Positions 38,340 to 50,836 of a stretch of DNA of 64,000 nt are shown here, in pieces. Below the pieces are notes generated by a model that saw only the letters and a list, made by a program, of their open reading frames with translations, was not told the DNA's origin and ran no database searches. The DNA is taken from contig NC_045716.1 of NCBI RefSeq assembly GCF_009834535.1, positions 28,520,001 through 28,584,000 on the forward strand, given 5' to 3'. The DNA comes from Camelus ferus. Its lineage: Eukaryota. Positions within the stretch are counted from its first letter, which is position 1. Every line of letters begins with the position of its first letter. The translations under genes and the position numbers were made by a program.

Positions 38340-38890
38340 CTTGTTCCTTTTTATTGTAGTAAAAGACACACACTGTACAATCTACCATCCTGACAATTTC
38401 TAAGTGTACAGCTGAGTCACCAAGTCCGTCCCCACTGCTGTGCATCCATCATCCCTGGAACTTTTCCGTCGCCCCAGACTGGGACTCTGTCCCCATGAAA
38501 CACTCACTCCCCACCGCCTCCCCCAGCCCTGGGTGGCCACCACCCACCTTCTGCCTCTGTGAGTTTGTCTGCTCTTGGGACCTCATGCAAGTGGAATCAC
38601 TTGGGATCTGTCCCCTTGTGACTGGCTGACTTCACTCGGCACGACGCTCTCAAGGCGCATCCGTGTTGTCGCGGGTGTCAGAATCTCCTGACTCTTCGTG
38701 GCTGAGTCACATTCCATTGTGTGCATGGACCACGTTTTGTGTGTCCGTCATCTGTCAGAGGACAGTGGGGCTGCTTCCACCTCTCGCTGCTGTGAGCAGG
38801 GCTGCCGTGGACAGGTACGAGTCTCCCTCTGAGACCCTGCTTCCCCTTCTTCCGGGTATGTACCCAGAAATGGAATTGCCGGATCAGACC
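38340..38890 (-). mobile_element. L1MB3/4-like 3' end, GC-shifted
   Basis: Colinear with the remembered L1MB antisense tail from ttttattgtagtaaaa through gggtatgtacccagaaatggaattgccggatca. Confidence 0.9.
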
Positions 38891-41800
38891 GCCGTTTGAC
38901 TCACATTTTCGGTGGAGCTGGATTCTTGGTTTAGTTGCATTTAGCACACTCTGTGACTTGGGGGAAACCTTCCCTGCCACCTGTCAGAGGATTGTTTCCA
39001 GAGTCCACCTCTAAGTTGCTCTGCGCCCGGCCCCGCTTCCCACCCCACGGTTTCAGTGCCGCGGCGTTCAGGCTCTGTGACAGGCCTGGGCTCCCCTGGG
39101 TGCTCCCAGAGCCTGCGTCCTCCCTTACCCAACCCAGCCCCTGCAGTGATGTGGGACCTGCAGCTGCAGCTGTCACGACTGTGGGGCAGGGACGGGGGAG
39201 GACAGGAGGCTGTTCGTGGGGATGGAGGGCGTTCATTGTGTGGAGGTGACGCTGAGGCAAGAGCATGAAATCGACCCAAGCCTAGAAAGGTCGGTTCTGG
39301 GAGGGAGCACTGGACGCCGTGGGCTCCGGGGGCGGCCACAGCCACTGGGTGGGTGTCAGATGCAGGGCCAACATGTCCAGGAGGAAAGTGCTTTTCCAGG
39401 AGCTCGTGACTCACTCATTCCACGAGTGCAGACCTGAGAGTCGCCCCTGAACCAGCATCCTTCAGAGCGAAGCCCAGCAGAGCGAGGTTTCCAGAACACG
39501 CACAGAGACCTAGCTGGCGGCCCGGGTGCAGACCCCACAGGCAGAGGATGCTCCCCGACGTGGCATGCGGGTGACACGGCGCCTATGCCAGCGACCGATG
39601 CTGAGCGAGGGTGCGTCACCCACGCCTCGCTGCCAGCTTTTTTTCCCCTAAATAAGATTAAAAAAAAACTGACGGAGCAAAAAGTCAACTAATTTTCATG
39701 ATGTTTACAGAAGTGATAGATAAGAGTCTGGACCTGTCTTGTTATCCAGCAACAAAAACAGAACAAAGAAGGATGGGAGGGATCTATTTTGCCCCAAAGA
39801 ACTTCAGCCAGCTGTCTGCCCCCACCCTCCTGAGTGGTTCTGAGAGCTGGCTCAGGGAACCTGGGTCAGCCTGGAAAGGCCACGTGTCACTCAGCCCGAT
39901 TTGTTCGGTTACTTAGCAACAGTTTAAAACAAAACTGGAGCGTCTGGGAGTTTGAAAATGTGTGCTTGTCCCTGACGGAACCGTGAAACAGCACGGGCGC
40001 AGACGGCCCTGCTTTGAACCAGACTCACTCCAGGCGCCCCCTCTGTACAGGGTGTTGGAAATTCCCTGGGGACACAGGCCTCTGGATGAGGCCCCTCTCC
40101 CAGGGACCCGGGTCGGAACTGCCCCTGCTGAAACCACGCGTCACAGTCCTCTGCAACATGCCTGTCACACCTGCATATGCATGTCCTCCGTGTGGTTGTG
40201 GGCGCCGTCGGGAGGCGTGGTTGTCGGCCCTGGGGTCCCGCTGTGACACACACTGGACTTGCCCTGTGTGTCCCACCCGACTTCTGGTGAACGTTCTCCG
40301 GGGCCCGACCCACCGCTCACAGGAACTCTTATTCTGGCCACTTCAGAGTTGGAAACTTCAGTTCACAGAAGGTGGGTCCCAGCGCTGGCAGGAAGCGGCA
40401 CGTCATTCTAAAAACACCTTGGTGTGGGCGTCCCTGAATTAATCACAACTAAAGCACGGAAGTGGTTTCTGGTGGCCAAGTTCAGGGTCCCTGGGAACCC
40501 GGGAAACCCTCTCCTGCTCAGTGAGTGCTTTGGTAAAGCACGTGTTCCTGCAGGGGAGCTGACACTCCCATGCCAGCCGCCTATTCTCCCCGTTTCCTTG
40601 CACAGTGAAAAATTAAAATTCCTGCTTCCCCCTACTCCCTGGGGCCGGGGATGGGGTGGGGAGTGGGGTGAACCCAGCAGAGAGCTGGCTTTAAGAGAAA
40701 ACTGGGGCCCAGGGGGTGAGGTGGTGGGCGGAGGAGGGCCGGCGGCTCAGGCCGTTGATGGAAAAACAATTCTGAGAACTGCAGCAGGAGGGAGATTGCA
40801 TTTTTAAATGTGTTGAAAAAAATTACCATTTGGCTAAAGTTCTGCACCAGGCACTGCTTTGCTCCAGAGCTAATATCGAACCTCACTGGCGTTGGAGAAA
40901 GATGGTGCCGCTCGGGAGCAGAGCAGAGCGCCGGCTGGCTCTCCGGTTTCCATCGGGTTTTCAAGGGTCGCACACCCTACACTTGGTGTCCTCCTCCGGG
41001 GGCAGGGGGCCCGGCTCTGCGCTTCTGGTGCTGCAGGCCTGGGGCCTGGGTGGCTGTGGATTTTGGCCGCCCCAGGCAGGATGCGTGCTGGTGTCAGCCT
41101 GACTCGCTAAATACCAGTCTACTGGAATCTGCCTGGCCGGTCTCCGCCTGCCAGAGCCTCCTGAGTCACGGGGAGCCGGGGCGCCCCCTAAAACACTTTA
41201 TCCCAACTGTCTGTCGCTCATCGGAAAAACAACATTAAGCTCCGCTTGGGTCTCTGGGTGGATTTGGGTTATTATTTTTTTAATCCAGAATTACTTAGCA
41301 ATGAGTAAATCCCTTCCCTCCCTTGAAAACAGCTTCACTTCCAGAGAAGCCGTCGCTTTCTGGGAATTCTGAGATTCTAAATCCCCGCACACAGCGCTGG
41401 AAAGTGGGCCTCGCCGTGGACACTCATTACACAAGCAGCCATCTGATGAGTTGCCGGACTTAAACCATTCGGGTTTTCACTGATGACTTTGGACCCAGGG
41501 CAAGTTTCTGTCAGGAGGATTTGCTCCAAATGCTGTCTCCTTGGCGGACTCTCTGGGAAGGGGCCGGCGCCGTGGGTGCCCCGCTGCCCTGGCCCTGCTG
41601 GTGCCTGCAGCCAGGCTGACGTCCTGCTCCAGGTTGGGGTGCGTGGAGGAAGCCAGTCCCTCCCACCAGAGGGGCCTTCGTCCTGGAGCTCCCGCTGCCC
41701 TGAGTACAGAGGAGCCTTGGGCTGGCCAGTCCTGCCACCTGCCCGGAACCCAGGGCAACGGGGCAGAGCGTGTGCCAGCTTGGGCCACATGGCCTTCTCC

Positions 41801-42399
41801 TGGCCGAGCCGCTCTGGCCTCGTGGGCAGGGCTCGCACCCTTGGCCAGAACCTCTCCCCTGAGCCCCCTCGGTTGTGATCGGAGGTCCGTCTGGGTGGTT
41901 CCCCACTGTCTCTGGCAGCGCCAGCGTCTTGGAGTCAGTGAGGCTGCCTGACGTTCTGGGAGGAAAAAAAAGAAACGAAAGGGGAAATAATGTAGGTTCT
42001 GCCATTGTCCTGAAGCCTTTCCTCTACGTGACGGGAGGGCAGCCACAGGGTCCCGCCCGAGGGACTGCAGGACCTGCCAGGCCTCTCCTTCCCAGTGCGA
42101 GTAGGACGGGGGAGGGGGCCGCCCGGCTCTAGTGAGAAGGCAGGGTCTGGGGGGTGCTGGCGGGGGCGCCCTCCCCGTCTGCGTGGGGAGGGAGGAGGCC
42201 GCGGGAGCCATCACTTCTGCCCTTAGCGTTGCCGAAGGGGAGGCACGGAGCACGCACGAGGAGGCAGGCCGGGCAGCTCCTCGGACTCCCTGCCGGCGGT
42301 CCTGCTCCTCCCTCTTCGTTACCCATTCGCGGGACCGCAGACGCAGGCCGAGCCGCTGCCGCTGCCGTGTGTTAGGAGTCGGGGTGGAGAGGCTCCTCC

Positions 42400-43045
42400 A
42401 CTGAGCGGCCACGCCCACTGCTTCTCCCTGAAGAAACAGACTGAGTCGCTGTGTGTTTTCAAGGCTTGCTCCGTGCCTGACGCACAGGGGGCCTCCCTTG
42501 GGCCCCGCGTGTGCTCCCGGGGCGGCCCCGGCGCAGGGCATCTCACCGCCTTTCCCTGACGGCTGCTGATGCTGGCCTGTCTTCCACCTGCTCGTTGCCC
42601 GTTTCTGTGTCTTTGTCTTTTTATCATTGAACTTAGGGGTTATTTATATATTCCAGATTCAAGCCCCTTGTCAGGGGTACGGCTCGCAAGGATTTTCTCT
42701 CCAACTGCGTCTTCGCACTCTCCTGATGATTTCCCTTGCGGCACAAAAATGCTTACTAGTGTTTAAGCACAAATTGCCTATTTTAAATTTTTCTTGCTGT
42801 GCTTTTGGTGTCGCATCTAAGAAACCCTTGTCTAATCCAAGTCAGTGAAGATCTGCACCTCTCTCCTCCTCTCAGGCCCCTGAGCCTGGGCGCTTCCAGC
42901 TGGGGCTCCGGGCCTCGCAGAGCCGAGCTCTGGGCGCGCTGTCTCGGAGGCCTCGCTCCGCTCGTGTGCCTGCGAAGTGAAGTGCTGTCCTTTCCCCATC
43001 CAGTGGTCTCGGCATCTTTGTTAAAAAAATTAACTGATCATTCAT
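42400..43045 (-). mobile_element. Old L1M ORF2 3' fragment, antisense (may extend left to ~42130)
   Basis: tttgtctttttatcattgaacttaggggttatttatatattccagattcaagccccttgtcag and gcttttggtgtcgcatctaagaaacccttgtctaatccaagtcagtgaagat. Confidence 0.8.
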
Positions 43046-43069
43046 GCGACGCTTTAGAGTGTCAGATTT

Positions 43070-43320
43070 TAGTCTTGAAACTCAGGATAGAAGTTAATGC
43101 CTGGGCTGGGAGCACGTAGCTCAGTGGCAAGGCGTGTGCCGAGCCCGCGTGAGGTCCTAGGCTAGATCTCAGTGCTCCCGTTAAACAAACAAACCTAATT
43201 ACCTCCCACCACCAAAAATTTTTTTAAAAATTAATGCCTGCATCGTTTGCTATGATGAGGATTAAATGAACACATTTCCCCGTGGACCCTCACACACGTG
43301 GCCCGGCAGGCAGAACGTCA
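43070..43320 (+). mobile_element. MIR 3' part split by a SINE insertion
   Basis: Joining the flanks gives tcttgaaactcaggatagaagttaatgcctgcatcgtttgctatgatgaggattaaatg, resembling MIR ...tgaggattaaatgag. Confidence 0.55.
43104..43230 (+). mobile_element. Camelid tRNA-derived SINE (Vic-1-like) with target-site duplication
   Basis: gggagcacgtagctcagtggcaaggcgtgtgccgagcccgcgtgaggtcctagg...aaacctaattacctccc. TSD ttaatgcctg at 43094-43103 and 43231-43240. Confidence 0.85.
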
Positions 43321-46300
43321 GGTGATGGTGTGGAGGCAGGAGCCGGAGCTGTGCCGCTGGAAGACGCCCAGGCTGGGAGGGAGAGGGCAGCATGGCCGGA
43401 GCAGCCCAGGGGCAGCGCGTCCGTCCTCCGGCCTGTCTCGTTGCCATGCCAGCGCGACCTGGCCCGCGCACACCCAACCTGGCCAGCGCAGACGGAAAGC
43501 GTTAGTCTGACTTTTCACGAAGATGGACGATGATCTCAGGTGAGGGGTAGGGAGTTGGAACAAACTGTCCTTGGTAACAAAGCAACAAGGCTCGGAGGAG
43601 ACATGGCCCCGGACGGCGGTGTCCAGGGAGGCCGCTTCGCCCGGGGTTCTGGTGGGGCCCTCTTGCCCGTGGAGCAGCTGCAGGAGCCCATCCTCCCCCC
43701 GCAGGGCGGCTCATCCTCCCGCTCCTCGAGTCGCCCAGAGAGGGTGCCAGGGCCCCCAGGCAGCCCGCACATGGGTGTTGTCTGCGGCCGGCACCAGCCC
43801 AGGGCCACCCTTGCCCAGCTCCGCCACGGGCTGAGGCTGAAGCTGAGGCCACCACCCTCCCTGGGCTTTCCCACTGTGCTGGTGCCCTTTCTACCCGCAT
43901 GTTCTGTGTCCCTGGAGCCAGCGGAGGAACGCAGAGCTTGGCTGCGTGGTTGGGGCCTCGTCCTCTCACACGGGCACGGCTTGCCTCTGGGCTCGGGGCG
44001 GCCAGGACTCTGAGCTGCTCCTCCAGCTCCGGGGATCCTGTTTGCGCCAAGTTCCGCTTCCTGTGCAAAATCACAGCAAGATAATTAGATTGTTTCTCAC
44101 TGAGAGTTACTCCTCCATCGCAGCTGCTGCTCATGGGGCGGCTGAGACTCTCCCTCCAGGGCAGGCAGTGCCCGTCTCTCAGGTCTCCCACTCCGCGTCA
44201 TCCACCTCCCAAGGTCCCCCAAACCCCGCTGTTGGCGACCACACCATGCAGACCCTCTCAGGGGTCAGAGATGCCTCAGTGGGTGGGCGCTGCCGTGAAG
44301 GTCTGATTTAGCTGGAAGTGGGGTTACCGAAGAGACGCCCAGATCCTCCCTGGGGGCAGCACCCACGCCCCCAGCGCTGGCGACGCCACATCGTCTTGCC
44401 ACTCACTCCTCCTTCCAAGACGTCCCGTCGGGGCCCCGGCCCTGCTGCAGCCCTGCGTCAGCGTCCCTTGGCTCTCATGGTCATTACGTGACTGTACAAC
44501 CCCACAAGGGTAGGGACTGACCCACCTGGTCACTGCTGAGTGCTGGCAACCAGCGGGACTCCCAGGGCCTCACTGGATGACCAGCTGGTCCGTGGGAGGT
44601 CCCGCCCTGGGACCCACGTCCTCCTGCTCTCTCTGCTCCCTCCCTCCCTCCACCAGGGAAGGGCTTTGCCAGGACCTCCCTCACCTGCTCAGAGGCTCTT
44701 GGCTCCTTCTTCCTCCAGGTTGGTACCCAAGACCTGCTGCTGCCGACCTCCGGCTTAGTTCTATCTCAGGGAGCGGTCCTGTCGGCACATGCGCTTGGCC
44801 TGTCCCCTCCTCCGCAGGTGCCGGGCCTCCCCTGTCCTGCCCCCATCGGGAGGCGGGCCCCGGAGCTCACTGCCGGCCCTCAGCCCTCAGACTGCCCTGG
44901 ACGACTTGGGCTGCCACTGCTGCGGGAAAGGGTGCTATACGTCCCAGTGTGACGCTGGGCTGGGCACTTACCCTCTCTGGCCTCGGCTTCCTTGGGGCTG
45001 TGGACACTGTGGAAGGAAGGGGCACGGGAGCCCCTAGACCAAAGGCCCACTCATGGGCTGTGTCCTCCGCTCCTGGCAAAGCACTGGCGCCTGGAGTGGG
45101 GCTGCAGAGAGGCCGTGGAGGAGGGAGCACGGTCTGGGGAGCGGGGGCGGGGGGGGGGATTGTCTGCCCCACGTGCTTCTCGCATCCAATGCGGTTCCTT
45201 GAAATGAAAACAGCAGCTGAGCCTGTTTTTCTGACTTCATTTTCCTTCGAAGCAGAGCTGCATTCCACCAAAGCCTCTAAATGTTTATCTTAACGTTCTT
45301 CCTATAATTTAAAATTATTTCCTATATTCTAGGGGATGTTTCATGCTTCCTGTTGTGCAAGAGCTCGCTTGTCCACCAGACGTGAGCCCAGCAGTCCCTG
45401 GGCCTTGTCCTGGGTGGCAGGGGCTGGGCTGTTGTCCCCATGGTGCCCAGAAGCTCTGAGGGTGGAGACTGGACGGCAGGGGCTCCGTGGTGCATCCTGC
45501 GGAGAAGAGGCCTCCTCTGGCCTCAACCGCCAGCCTGTCTGAGGGGCGGTGCTTAGGTCCCTCCACGGCCTGGTGACCTCGGCAACTCAGTTTCCTCAAA
45601 TGCGGCCTCTCTGGGAGTTTCCCACGTCCTGTGCAGACGATTCCCCGTGCACAGAGCCTGCACCCCTCGAGCCCCTCGGTAGCCACTCAGCTCCCTGCTC
45701 TTTCTCGTGCTGTGATGTGACCAGGAGGGAGACTCAGTCGTGCCTCTAACGCTTACTAATCTCCCTTTGAAGCAAAGACAGCAGACATCAGGTCGGAGAT
45801 TTGGGGGACAAGAGCGTGTAGCTAGGACTGAAAGATTTAACAAGTGCATTTGTTTTAAAGGCCCGGAACCTGCTGCCCTGCCAGCTTCTGGTTTCCGGCC
45901 ACCGTGCTGTCGTCCCCAGCAGCGGCCTGCTGGGTGCACGGAGCCCCAGGCCACCCGCCAGCAGGGGAAGGACAAGCAAGAAATAATGTAAAGGCTTTCT
46001 CTAATTCAGTTTAAAAGTTCAACATGGAAGAAACAATGATTTATTTTTGCAGTGATAACACAAATGCAAATTCTGGCAGGACACACATCACACTAAAAAT
46101 AACATGTCTGCCAAACTGAGACATCTCTGGAGCAGAAATATGCTTGGAACTGACAGTGCTGCCCTGCAAGATTTGGCTGCCTTGGAGTACTCACCCACCG
46201 CTGGAGAGGGCAGCGGGGTTGTCAGAATGCATGCGTATGACGCAGACTCACTGGACCCCAAGGCCTGGGATGAAGCGATGTTGAATTAAAACCAAAAGAA

Positions 46301-47325
46301 AGTTCCCTGGGGCAACCTGACCCTGTGTGCCCTGCCGTCATCCTCCGCAGCTCAGAAGTGTTGGAGCCTTTAGAATTGAGTGGCCCGCAGTGGCATTTAA
46401 TTGTTCTGGAAGTGAGCCCTTTAAACCTGGGGTGCGTGTCATCCAAAAGCCACTGGAAACGTCACATTTTTTAGTGAATGTTGTGCCAGAAAACTCCAGT
46501 TCATTGTGCTTTGAGTGAAGCACAGTCATCACGGAGCAAGCGAGCTCACGGAGAGACGCTGACAGGTTTCCCCACAAAGTCCCAGAGGAACAGGGGAGGC
46601 ACATGCTGTGGTCCTGGCTTGGGGGTCTTCAGGGACGACGCTTTAATTCCATCATGGAATGTTCTGGACCCGTGGACGAATCTTCTGATGAGGTCCACGT
46701 TTTAAAATTGGGTATATTTATATTCTGTACCCAAATGGAATGCACTTGAGATAGCCTAAGATTTTTGAAGCTTTAAATTTGGTGAAACATTGGAAAGAAT
46801 CATAGAGACTTTTTTTTTTTTTTTTTGGATGAATTTCGGCTTGTAAAATAGTTGTTGACGAGAAGTTCTCTGGATGGATGGAGACAAAAACACAGACCCT
46901 GCCCAAACATCCAGGCTGAAATAGACACATATTTCCACATGGAAAAATGAGAATTGAGAAAATCCTCCACTTGGCCAAATTTGCCTTGAGCTTTACTAGA
47001 TCTGTTAGCACCTGTAGGAAAAGCATTTTCTCAATAAACATTACACTTTACAGACGGCGAGTCAGAGGTGTAAACAATTTTGAATTTATTGGTCATGAAG
47101 TTTATGAAGAAAAAGAAAAGTAATAAATAATGAAAAAAGACGTTCTTCAAAAGAAATCAGTGACATCGTATCATAGCCAGTTCCATTTTAAAAGCAAATT
47201 ACAGCTTCTGAGTTTGGAGCAAGTGTAACTCGTCTGCTTGGTGTTTTTATGTCTAGATAATAAATACAAAGAATTTTTAAGTTTTGCTTTAGTGCACACG
47301 GATACAGACTTGGAATAATTTACTC

Positions 47326-47420
47326 TTTTTTTTTTTTAATTGAAGTACAGTCAGTTATAATGTGTCAGTTTCTGGTGTGTCCCAGTCATGCATAGACATA
47401 CATATATTCATTTTCATTGC
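47326..47420 (-). mobile_element. Short 3' tail of the lineage-specific L1
   Basis: Poly-T then aattgaagtacagtcagttataatgtgtcagtttctggtgt; homologous to the start of 57301-57420 in this window. Confidence 0.75.
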
Positions 47421-47783
47421 TTTTGATAATAGATTTTAAATAGAACTGTTTCATAGGCCCACCAGTAAGGAAAATAGAAATGTCAGACAATAGATATTTT
47501 GAAAACGTGTACACTCTGAAAGTTATTTTTAGCACCTCTTAAACTCTCCTCAATATCTGGTCTGCTCCCTAAGTTGTGCTGTCACCCTAACGATGTTCCA
47601 TAACATCTCAATTGTGGCATAACTCTTGTGTTTCCCTTTGTTTCCCTTGCTCCTTAAGGATATAAATGATATCTTACTTGTTTTTGTATTTACTGTTTAT
47701 TTATTCCAGCTATCCAACAAATAATTAGTGCCTTTGTAACTTTGTAAACCCAGCATGTACCAAGGGTATAGTAATGTAAGGTT

Positions 47784-47947
47784 NNNNNNNNNNNNNNNNN
47801 NNNNNNNNNNNNNNNNNNNNNNNNNNNNNNNNNNNNNNNNNNNNNNNNNNNNNNNNNNNNNNNNNNNNNNNNNNNNNNNNNNNNNNNNNNNNNNNNNNNN
47901 NNNNNNNNNNNNNNNNNNNNNNNNNNNNNNNNNNNNNNNNNNNNNNN
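47784..47947. other. Assembly gap (N run)
   Basis: Run of n. Confidence 1.
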
Positions 47948-48824
47948 AATGGGTGGATTAAACTTAACCATTAATAACAGCATCACTGACACTTTTGGAG
48001 TTTTCTTCCTTTCTTAGCCTGAAGCGTGTTCTCTTGGTTCATTACAACACAATCTCCTTGTTGGCACATCATTTCACACTATTTCATGGCTCTGTGAGTC
48101 TCCAGTCATAAGAGGAAGTGGCAGGAAAATAGGACAGTGTCAGTAGAAACCTCCCAAGTCCTTGCTGGGTAACAGCTGGACTTTGGGTTTCCAGATGGTG
48201 GTCTGTGGAATCCTTTCTGACTGGACAGTGCATTTGTCTGTTGGCTGGGATGGGCCAGGGACCCTTTCAATGAGGCAGGATCATGTTCTACACCAAGGGT
48301 GGCTTCCAGGTTGGCTCAGGCCAGGTGGCCAGCAGACAGGACCTGCTGTACCTGTAGCCCTGTAGGAGGGCAGAACCACTGTGGACCAGAACCTTGCATC
48401 ACAGGGCATCTTTTATCCAGTCGGGGTCCCACGTCCATCCACTGAAGTCCTGCCCACCTTGAACACCTCCCCCAGGAGGCTGCCCGTTGCCTCTCCATAC
48501 AGAACACAGCTCTGCCTGCTCTGGGCTCCCCCAGCCCTGGGCTCATGCCGCCCTGGGTGGGTATAACTTTTCTCGTTCATCCTGGTCCCCATGAGCCTCC
48601 CTCTTGACGTTCCCTGTTGCTTGCTGAGGGTCGTGGGGTGAGGGTGCTGCTGCCGGGATCTGTTCCGCTCTCCTGTCACTGTATCAGTGAGGTGCTCACT
48701 CGGGAGCCCAGTGCTCATCTGAAGTTCAGGGCTTCGAGCTGTCTGACCACGTCAGCTTCTCAGTTCCTAGAGTTTCAAGGGGAAGTGGCTGCAGAGAGTG
48801 GCTGGTGAGGCTGAGCACCTGTAC

Positions 48825-48945
48825 TCATCAGCTTTTTAATCTCCACTCAACCCTGGAAGTGGGCGCCAGCATCACTCACCTTCTTCAGTTGGAGGAACTC
48901 AGGCACCGTGGCGAGGAAGCTGGTATCCAGCACAGTCAGGACCCG
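48825..48945 (-). mobile_element. MIR fragment
   Basis: tttaatctccactcaaccctggaagtggg...ttcagttggaggaactcaggcacc. Confidence 0.5.
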
Positions 48946-49224
48946 TGACAGACAGGCTGGCCCCACCGTTCAGACAGACAGGAGCTCAACCTGCCCTACC
49001 GCGAACACCCACATACCCACCGCGCGATTCCACCGTGAAGACTGAGCTGCGTTCACTCTACCAGACGTCCACCCATCCACCCCCAGCCCCTGCCCCTTGG
49101 TCCCTATCTGAGGATCCGTCGTATCTTTGCGTGCATTTCAAAAAGCAACTGCAGACCCTTCGCCTCAAACACCGGAGCTCACGTTCCATCAGCCGCGGTG
49201 CAGCGTTCACGTCTGTGAGGAGAC

Positions 49225-49415
49225 TTTCCCTACGGTGAAATGCACAAACGTGAGGTGTGCCATTTGCTGAATTTTAACAAAAAAGCAAACACCTGTGGCC
49301 CCCTCCCCTATCAGGACATGGAACCTCCTTCTCCCCCAGGAAGTGCCCCCTTCCCAGGCAGTCCTTGCCCCCACCTTGAGGCAACCACTGCCCTGGTTCT
49401 TTTACTCTATATAAC
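49225..49415 (-). mobile_element. L1MC/MD-type 3' end
   Basis: gtgaaatgcacaaacgtgaggtgtgccatttgctgaattttaacaa...ccaccttgaggcaaccactgccctg. Confidence 0.6.
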
Positions 49416-49446
49416 CCAGGGTCAGCATTTTTAACCACCACTCTGC

Positions 49447-49461
49447 GCTGCCCCCTGGGGG
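49447..49461 (-). promoter_or_regulatory. CTCF-like core motif
   Basis: Minus strand CCCCCAGGGGGCAGC; one mismatch to CCACCAGGGGGCAGC. Motif only. Confidence 0.35.
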
Positions 49462-49519
49462 AGGGGTTTTCAAGGGCTAGCCTTGGGGGTGGGGGACTGA
49501 CAGATCTTTGCTTTCTCTG

Positions 49520-49931
49520 GGTATCAGCTTGGGTTCTCCAGGGAAACAGAACCCATGGGGTATCCATCAGTTATCTATTTAATCTATCTGCCTATCTGCA
49601 GAGAGAGAGATTTATTTTTTGCTCTAAGGATTGTAGGGCTGACAAGTCTGAAATCTGTAGGGCAGGTCAACAGGCTGGAATCTCTGGCAGGCTGTCTGCT
49701 ACAGTCACAGGCGGACCTTTTTCTTCTCTGGGAAACCTCAGTTTTTGCTCAGAACTCCAACTGGTTGGATGAAGCCAACACACCTTCCGAAGGGTCATTC
49801 CCCCTTACTCAGGGCCAGCTGATTGCAGATGCCAGCCACACGTGCCAAAGCCACAGCAACATCGGTACTGACATTTGAGTCAGCAGTGGGCGTCGTGGCC
49901 TGGCCACGCAGACACATGAAACAACCCTCAG
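49520..49931 (-). mobile_element. MLT2-type ERVL solo LTR
   Basis: gtatcagcttgggttctccagggaaacagaaccc ... ttctctgggaaacctcagtttttgctc ... aactggttggatgaagcc ... gacacatgaaacaaccctca. Confidence 0.85.
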
Positions 49932-50738
49932 GCTGTGGGATGTCTCTGAGTCGAGACCTCCAGCTCCGGACGTTGAGAATCAGGAAGGCGACTGCCAACG
50001 TGAGGGAGGCCCAGAAACCAAGCTGGGAGGGAGCAGCCAGGTTGAGAGTCTCACCAGCCCTCGGAGGGAGCCGTGCAGGGCAGGGACCAGGCTGGGGGGT
50101 GGCGCCGGGCCTCCTTCCCACGGCCCTGCTGCTGAGCGCAGCTGCACGTAACAAAAGGGCTTCTCTGTGTCGCTCTCCTGCATGACGGCTCCTCCCAACA
50201 GATGATCTGATTATGTTTTAATGAGAATAATATTTGCTTCGAGGAAGGACGAATCCAGCCGTGTTTTTATATCAGCCAGATGTCTTCAGCTATTTACCCC
50301 TCCCTACCCTGGGATTCTGGCAAAACCTGTGATGCCATTTGGCCTCAAAGAGTCCCCCTCCCTGGGCCCCACATCTCCAGCCACCCGCAGACGGCCAGGC
50401 CTGTGGGTGTTTCCAGGGAGGCGGGGGCCACGTGGAGCTGACTCATCTACACGTTGCGCATCAAGATGCAGTTTTGTCATAGCTGACGGGTGCGGGCAGC
50501 CTTTCCAGTCTTTTTTATAAGCCTCTTCCTGACCCTGTTATTTCAGCCAAGACTTAACATAACCTCATCTTCGAAAGACTGGTGGTTGGCCCCAGACTCA
50601 GAAGCTGTGTGTTGAAGTGGGCACCAGGCTTGGCCGGACATTTTCTGCCGATTTTAGGCTGAGCAGAGCCAGCAGTTGGGAAAGAGCAGACCCGCAGCAG
50701 AGCTACTAAGTTTTTTTTTCTCCCTGTCTATTCTTCAG

Positions 50739-50836
50739 GCTGACAACGGGCGCTGAGCCGGGAGTCCAGGGACCTGGTGCTGTGACACGTAGGACTCGGA
50801 GCCACTTGGCGCTCTGCTGGCCTGCGGTGGCCCAAG
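50739..50836 (+). other. Candidate 98-nt internal non-coding (5' UTR) exon
   Basis: Branch-point-like TACTAAG at 50704-50710, long pyrimidine tract tttttttttctccctgtctattcttcAG|G, donor AAG|GTAGGG at 50837. No ATG inside; not in a recognisable repeat. Confidence 0.45.

Noticed and set aside
41477-42541. 354-aa minus-strand ORF
   Set aside because: Overlaps GC-converted L1-like DNA; no domain; many overlapping ORFs in other frames show simple stop depletion.
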